A DNA stretch of 64,000 nt, taken from NCBI RefSeq assembly GCF_009914755.1, contig NC_060927.1; one strand, 5' to 3'. The translations under genes were made by a program, and so were the position numbers. This DNA comes from the human T2T-CHM13v2.0 reference genome, Homo sapiens. Under the pieces are notes generated by a model that saw only the letters and a program-made list of their open reading frames with translations, searched no databases and had not been told where the DNA came from. Shown here piece after piece: positions 44,511 to 64,000 of this stretch. How positions within the stretch are numbered: position 1 is the stretch's first letter; every line of letters starts with the position of its first letter.

Positions 44511-46319
44511 AGCCTTACACAGTTGGAGTTATGAACCTGGCTGTACTTGCTGGCCATAACTTTACTAGCTTTACCCACCTGGTTTTTTCAGTCGCTTGGC
44601 TTCCTGGCCTGGTGTTAACCTTATGGTTTTGCCAAAATAAATTTACCCAGCAGCCTTATTAACCTCCTGACCTTACTCATTGAGCATTAATCTGCTGACC
44701 TTACGAACCTGGCTTACCCACCTGGCTTTACCCTACTGGCCTTAACCTCATGTCCTTACCAACCTGAATCACTGAACTGATTTTATCTACCCAGCCTTAC
44801 CCATTTGGCTTTCACAATTAGTCCAAACTTCTGGTCTTACTCACATCTCCCAGCCCTACTCACCTTAACCTAGGGGCATTATGCTTAGTCCTGACCCTTG
44901 GCCTTACTTTCCCAGCCCTCACCTATTAACCTCCCCATGTGGCCTTATTTATCTGGCCTTACCCAGTAGGCTTTCCCCACCTGACCTGCTTAACCTTAGG
45001 GCCATACTCACCAACCTTATTCACATGCCTGGTCTCAGACAGCATGACTTAATCTGCTGGCCTCATGCCCATCTGGTGTCTAACCCCTAGTTTTGTTCAG
45101 CTTGCCTTAACCTCCTTGCTTTCTCCTCACCTGTCTTACCTACCTAGCATTAGCCTCCTGTCATTATTTGGCTGGCTTGCTGACTTGGCCTTAATTCTCC
45201 TGCACGTTTCTCCTATTAATTTAGCAGCCTGGTGTTACTCAAATAGTCTTTTATTCAGCCAGATTTATAAACCTGGTTTTAACAGCCTGGCTGCACTCAG
45301 TCAAACTTACTATCCTTCTTGCCTTCATCACTTTATCTTGTCCACATGGTATTAGGAGCCTGGCATTATCCTTCTTTCCTTATTAACCTCTTGGCCTTAC
45401 TCACCCAGACTTAATTTCATGGCCTAAAAGTTCTGGATTTACACACCTGGCCATAAGTTCCAACCCACCAATATCTACCTGTTCTTACCCACCTACGTTT
45501 AATTTGCTGGTCTCAATCTCTGGTCTTGACCCACCTGATGTTGCCCATGAGGCCTTAGTCCCCTGCCTTTACTCCCTGGCCTCTCCCCCCTCATTTTACA
45601 ACCCTGGCAAGACCCAATTAGTCTTCCTCACCAGACGTAACCCTATGGGCCTTAACCTCATGGCCTCAACAACCTGGATTAGCCACCATGTTTTCTCACC
45701 TGGTCTTACTGACCTTACATGACCCAAATGGCCTTAACGTTGGTTTACACAACTGTCCTTAATCTTCTGGTTTTATCTGCCAGGTCTTAACCCCTGGATT
45801 TACCTCCCTAGGTTTACTCCCCTAGACTAATACCCCTGCCATTATTCTCTAGGTTTACCCTTCACCCTTGAACTTAGAAAACTTGCATTAGCCACCTGGA
45901 CTTACCCACCTGGCCTTAACCTCATGGCTTCACAAGCCAAGATGACCAACATAGCTTACCAACCTGGCCTTCCCACCCGGCCTTTACCTTTCATTCTTAC
46001 TCTCATGGCCTTATTCTCTTGGATTAATTGGCCTAGCCTTAACCTCACGGCATTACCCACTTGGAGTTAGCCACCTAGCTCTACTCAGGGAGGCCTTAAC
46101 TTACTGATGTTGGCCACTTGGCCTTTTAAATTGCTTGGTTTCCTGACCCAGTCTTAACCTCATGGTTTAGCCAACTTAGATTTACCCATCTGCCTTATGA
46201 ACCTCTGGGCCTTACTCATTCAGTATGAATCCCCTGGACTTATTCACCTGGCTTACCCACCTGGCCTAACCCTACTGGCATTAACCTCATATCCTTACAA
46301 ACCAGAATTGCCCAGTTGA

Positions 46320-57397
<11,078 letters not shown>

Positions 57398-59865
57398 TGA
57401 TGTTACCACATGGCCTTATTTACCTGGGCTTACCCACTTGGTCTTGCTCACCTTCTGGCCTTACCCACTATGTCTCCCCCACCTGACTTCGTTAATCCTA
57501 CAGCCAAACTCACCTGCTGTATTCAACTGCCTGGCATCAGCTAGCATGACTTAATCTGCTGGCCTCAAACCCTTCTGGTGTTGACCACCTGGTTTTATCC
57601 AGCTGGTCTTCACCTCCTTGCCTTCCCTGCACTGTCTTACCCACCTACATTAGCCTCAGGTCATCATTTGGCTGGTTTTACAACTTGCCCTTAATCCTAC
57701 TGGGCAGTTCCCCCGTTGATATCCTGGCCTGGGGTTGCTCAGTCTTTTCTTCAGCTGGATTTAAACACCTGGTTTTAACAACCTGGCTGCACTCAGCAGA
57801 ACTTATAAGCTCATTGCCTTCATCACCTTATCTTGTCCTCATGGTATTATGAACCTGGCATTATCTATCTGGCCTTATTAAACTCCTGACCTTACTCACC
57901 CAGTATTAATTTCCTGGCCTAAAAGTCCTGGCCTTAACCACCTGGTCAAAACTTCCTGCCATTATCCACCTGTACTTATCCACCTGGCTTTAATTTGCTG
58001 GCCTCAATCTCTGGTCATGACCCACCTGATCTTGCCCACGGGGCCTTACTCCCCTATCCCTCACACCTGGCCTTACTCACCTCTTAGGGCCCTGGCCAGA
58101 CCCTATTAGCTTTCCCCACCTGTCCTAACCCTAAGGGCCTTAACCACATGGCCTTAACAACTTGTATTAGCCACCTAGTTTTGCTACCTAGTCTTAAAGA
58201 ACATAGTTACCTACATGGCCTTCACACTTGGTTGACACAACTGTCCTTAACCTTCTGGTTTTATCTATCAGACAGTAACCCTGGATGTATAGCCCTAGGT
58301 TTACTCCCCTGCCTTACTTCCTATATGTACATGCCCTCTTCCCCATTGCTTTTCGATTTAAACACCTCCCATTAACGAACTAGACTTATCCATGTGTCCT
58401 TAACCTCATGGCCTTACCAACCTGGAATGCCAATATAGCTTGTCACCCTGGCCTTTCCACCTGGCCTTAACCTTTTGTTCTTACTCACATGGCTTTAACC
58501 TCTTGGTCTAATCTGCATAGCTTTAACCTCTTAGCATTACCCAGTAAGAGTTGGCCTCCTAGCTCTATTCAGGAGGCCTGAACTTACTGGCCTTATCCAC
58601 CTGGCCTTTTAAATTGCTTGGCTTCCTGGCCTGGTCTTAACCTCATGGTTTTACCAACGTCAATTTACTCACCTGCCTTATTAGCCTCCTGGCCTTGCTC
58701 ATCCAGTATTACGCCCCAGGCTTTATGCACCTGCCTACGCTTCTGACCTTACCCTACTGGCATTAACCTCATGTTCTCACCAACAGGAATTACCCAACTG
58801 ATCTTAGCTACCCAACATTAACCAGTTGGTCTTCATAATTAGTCCTAACTTCTGGTCTTACCCAGCTCTCCCAGCCCTGCTGGCCTTAACCTAGTGTCAT
58901 TATCCTCTGATCATCCTCCCCTGCCTTACTTTTCTGAGCTTCTTCTATTGCCTTATCCACCTGGCCTTAGTAAACTTAGGGCCATACTTACCGGTTGTAT
59001 TCATTTACCTGGCTTCAGCCAGCATGACTTAATTTGCTGGCTAGGTGAAGTTAATCACCTAGCTTTGTTCAACTGGCCTTCACCTCCTAGCCTTCCCCTT
59101 ACCACCGGGTATTAGCCTCCTGTTATTATTGGCTGGCTTATCGACTTGGATTTAACGCTCTTGGTTGTTTCCCTTTGATTGACAGGTCTGTTGTTACCCG
59201 GATAGTCTTTTATTCAGGTGGATACACGCAGCTCGTTTTAACAACATGGCCTTACTCAACAGACATGATTAACCTCATTGTGTTAATCACCTTATCCTGA
59301 TGGTATTCTTAAACAAGCTTCATCCATGTGGCCCTACGAAACTCTTGGCCTTACCGACCCAGGCTTCATTTCCTGGCTTAAATGTCCTGGCCTTACCCAC
59401 CTGGCCATAACTTCCCATGATTATTCACCTGTTCTTATCCACCTGGATTTAATTTGCTGGCTTCAATCTGCCATCAGGACCCACCTGATCTTACCCATGG
59501 AACCATACTCTCCTTCCCTTATTCACTGGCCTTACCACCTCTTTTTACTGCCCTGGCCAGACCCCATCAGCCTCATCCACCTGGGCAAACCTTATGGGCC
59601 ATAACCTAATGGGCTTAACAACCTGTATTACCTACCTAGTTTTAACATTAGTTTTACCCACCATATGTTACCCACATGGCCTTCACACTTGGTTCTTAAC
59701 TTTCTAGTTTTATCTACCAGGCCATACTCTCCTGGCCTTACCCCGCTAAAATTACCTCCATAGGTTTACTTCCCTGGACTTATGCTTCTGCCCTTATTCC
59801 CTGGATTTACCACCTCCTCCCACCCACTTCCCCCTAGACTCATACACCTTGTATTACCCATCTAG

Positions 59866-62567
<2,702 letters not shown>

Positions 62568-63284
62568 TTGAGTTTCTTAAATAATGAGTCTCTTCTGCTT
62601 TTTTCTCTAGAAAGATATACAAATTTTGTTTCCTCTTCTCTCTCTTCTAATAATAGGTCACACCCTATGGGTTGCATTTTTTTTTTTAAATCATCTGTCA
62701 TGAATCCTCGGTCTCTAGTTTTCTGTTATTGTTATGACATAAAGTGAAAGCCTCAACACAGTTTTAAATTCGGGTCTCAGATCAAATATGGTTGGCAAAT
62801 CCTGCCCAATGAAATAAGTTGTCAGCTGAAGCAGTGACAAAAGAATGAGTGCTTTTTTTTTTTTTTAACTGTTATGACATCCCTGCTCTGTAAGTAAATG
62901 ATGGTAAATATTACTACAATGAAATCTAAACTGGAATTATTTTATTCATGTTCATTTTATTTGACTTTTTTGCAGGGAGAAGAATCCTTTCTGTTTAAAT
63001 ATATAAGTGTTGGTACCTATTTAACCATTTATGGAGTCTCTACCATACAAGAAGTACTGTGGTAAGCATTTTAAATATAGTATCTCAAATCCTCTTTGGT
63101 GTTATGAACATTTTATAGTGAATGAATAGCTATAATAATAATAATACTTGCTACTTTGTACAAGGTAGCCAGCAATAATGCTAGCTAAGCCGATTCACAT
63201 ATGCTATCTTGTTTGCCCTAACATCTTCCTTATGAGGTAGCTACTATTGACATTCTCATTTTCCAAATAAGAAAAAAGACGGAT

Positions 63285-64000
63285 TGGAGACGGGCATCGC
63301 GCCGCCCGGCGTGCGCCGCACGCCTGCCTCGCGGCGCGGAGTCTCGCGGGCCCCGCTCCCGCCCTCCGCTCGCCTGGCCCGGACCGGAAGCGGCGCCGCA
63401 CGGCCTCGGCCTGGCGCGGGGGACGGGCACCGGGGCCCGGTCGGACATGGGCAAGAAGCACAAGAAGCACAAGTCGGACAAACACCTCCACGAGGAGTAT
63501 GTAGAGAAGCCATTGAAGCTGGTCCTCAAAGTAGGAGGGAACGAAGTCACCGAACTCTCCATGGGCAGCTCGAGGCACGACTCCAGCCTCTTCGAAGACA
63601 AAAACGATCATGACAAACACAAGGACAGAAAGCGGAAAAAGAGAAAGAAAGGAGAGAAGCAGATTCCAGGGGAAGAAAAGGGGAGAAAACGGAGAAGAGT
63701 TAAGGAGGATAAAAAGAAGCGAGATCGAGACCGGGTGGAGAATGAGGCAGAAAAAGACCTCCAGTGTCACGCCCCTGTGAGATTAGACTTGCCCCCTGAG
63801 AAGCCTCTCACAAGCTCTTTAGCCAAACAAGAAGTAGAACAGACACCCCTTCAAGAAGCTTTGAATCAACTGATGAGACAATTGTAGAGAAAAGATCCAA
63901 GTGCTTTCTTTTCATTTCCTGTGACTGATTTTATTGCTCCTGGCTACTCCATGATCATTAAACACCCAATGGATTTTAGTACCATGAAAGAAAAGATCAA
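63285..64000 (+). pseudogene. BRD7P2: Processed pseudogene of BRD7 (bromodomain-containing 7), continuing past the window end; probably BRD7P2 by recollection, not verified
   Basis: Intronless MGKKHKKHKSDKH...LNQLMRQL from ATG 63447, then TAG at 63885 where BRD7 has Gln. The frame continues RKDPSAFFSFPVTDFIAPGYSMIIKHPMDFSTMKEKI (bromodomain). A CpG-rich 5' UTR copy precedes the ATG, and the insertion follows an A-rich site in MIR-like sequence. Confidence 0.93.

Noticed and set aside
63204-63770. Antisense and alternative-frame ORFs (up to 188 aa) over the BRD7 copy
   Set aside because: Shadow ORFs of GC- and purine-rich retrocopy sequence.
63447-63887. Functional BRD7 gene
   Set aside because: Intronless, with a premature stop and an A-rich insertion site typical of L1-mediated retroposition.

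Overview
Primate (human-like) non-coding genomic DNA with no intact protein-coding gene. A small CpG island lies at ~1.45-1.9 kb. From 2 to 40 kb the sequence is dominated by transposons: many Alus, MaLR/ERV1/ERVL LTRs, Tigger/MER DNA transposons, a decayed ERVL-class gag-pol region at ~15-21.4 kb, and a solo LTR12 inserted inside an Alu. The window ends in a young processed BRD7 pseudogene (from ~63.3 kb, premature stop at 63885). The main unexplained feature is a ~19.4 kb strand-asymmetric, hierarchical repeat array at ~40.55-59.98 kb. It is built from a degenerate ~14-bp monomer (CTGGCCTTA[A/C]CC..), arranged in about 12 units of ~1.4-1.5 kb, with a ~6.2 kb four-unit block duplicated in tandem. 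The + strand of this array is rich in CCTTAAC (U12 branch-site-like) and U1-5'-end-like words, so the - strand is rich in 5' splice-site words. A 365-bp inverted duplication and a ~50-kb-spaced direct duplication share a breakpoint near 10.61 kb. Repeat subfamily names and the BRD7P2 assignment come from recalled consensus sequences and were not verified by search; coordinates are approximate unless a TSD is quoted.
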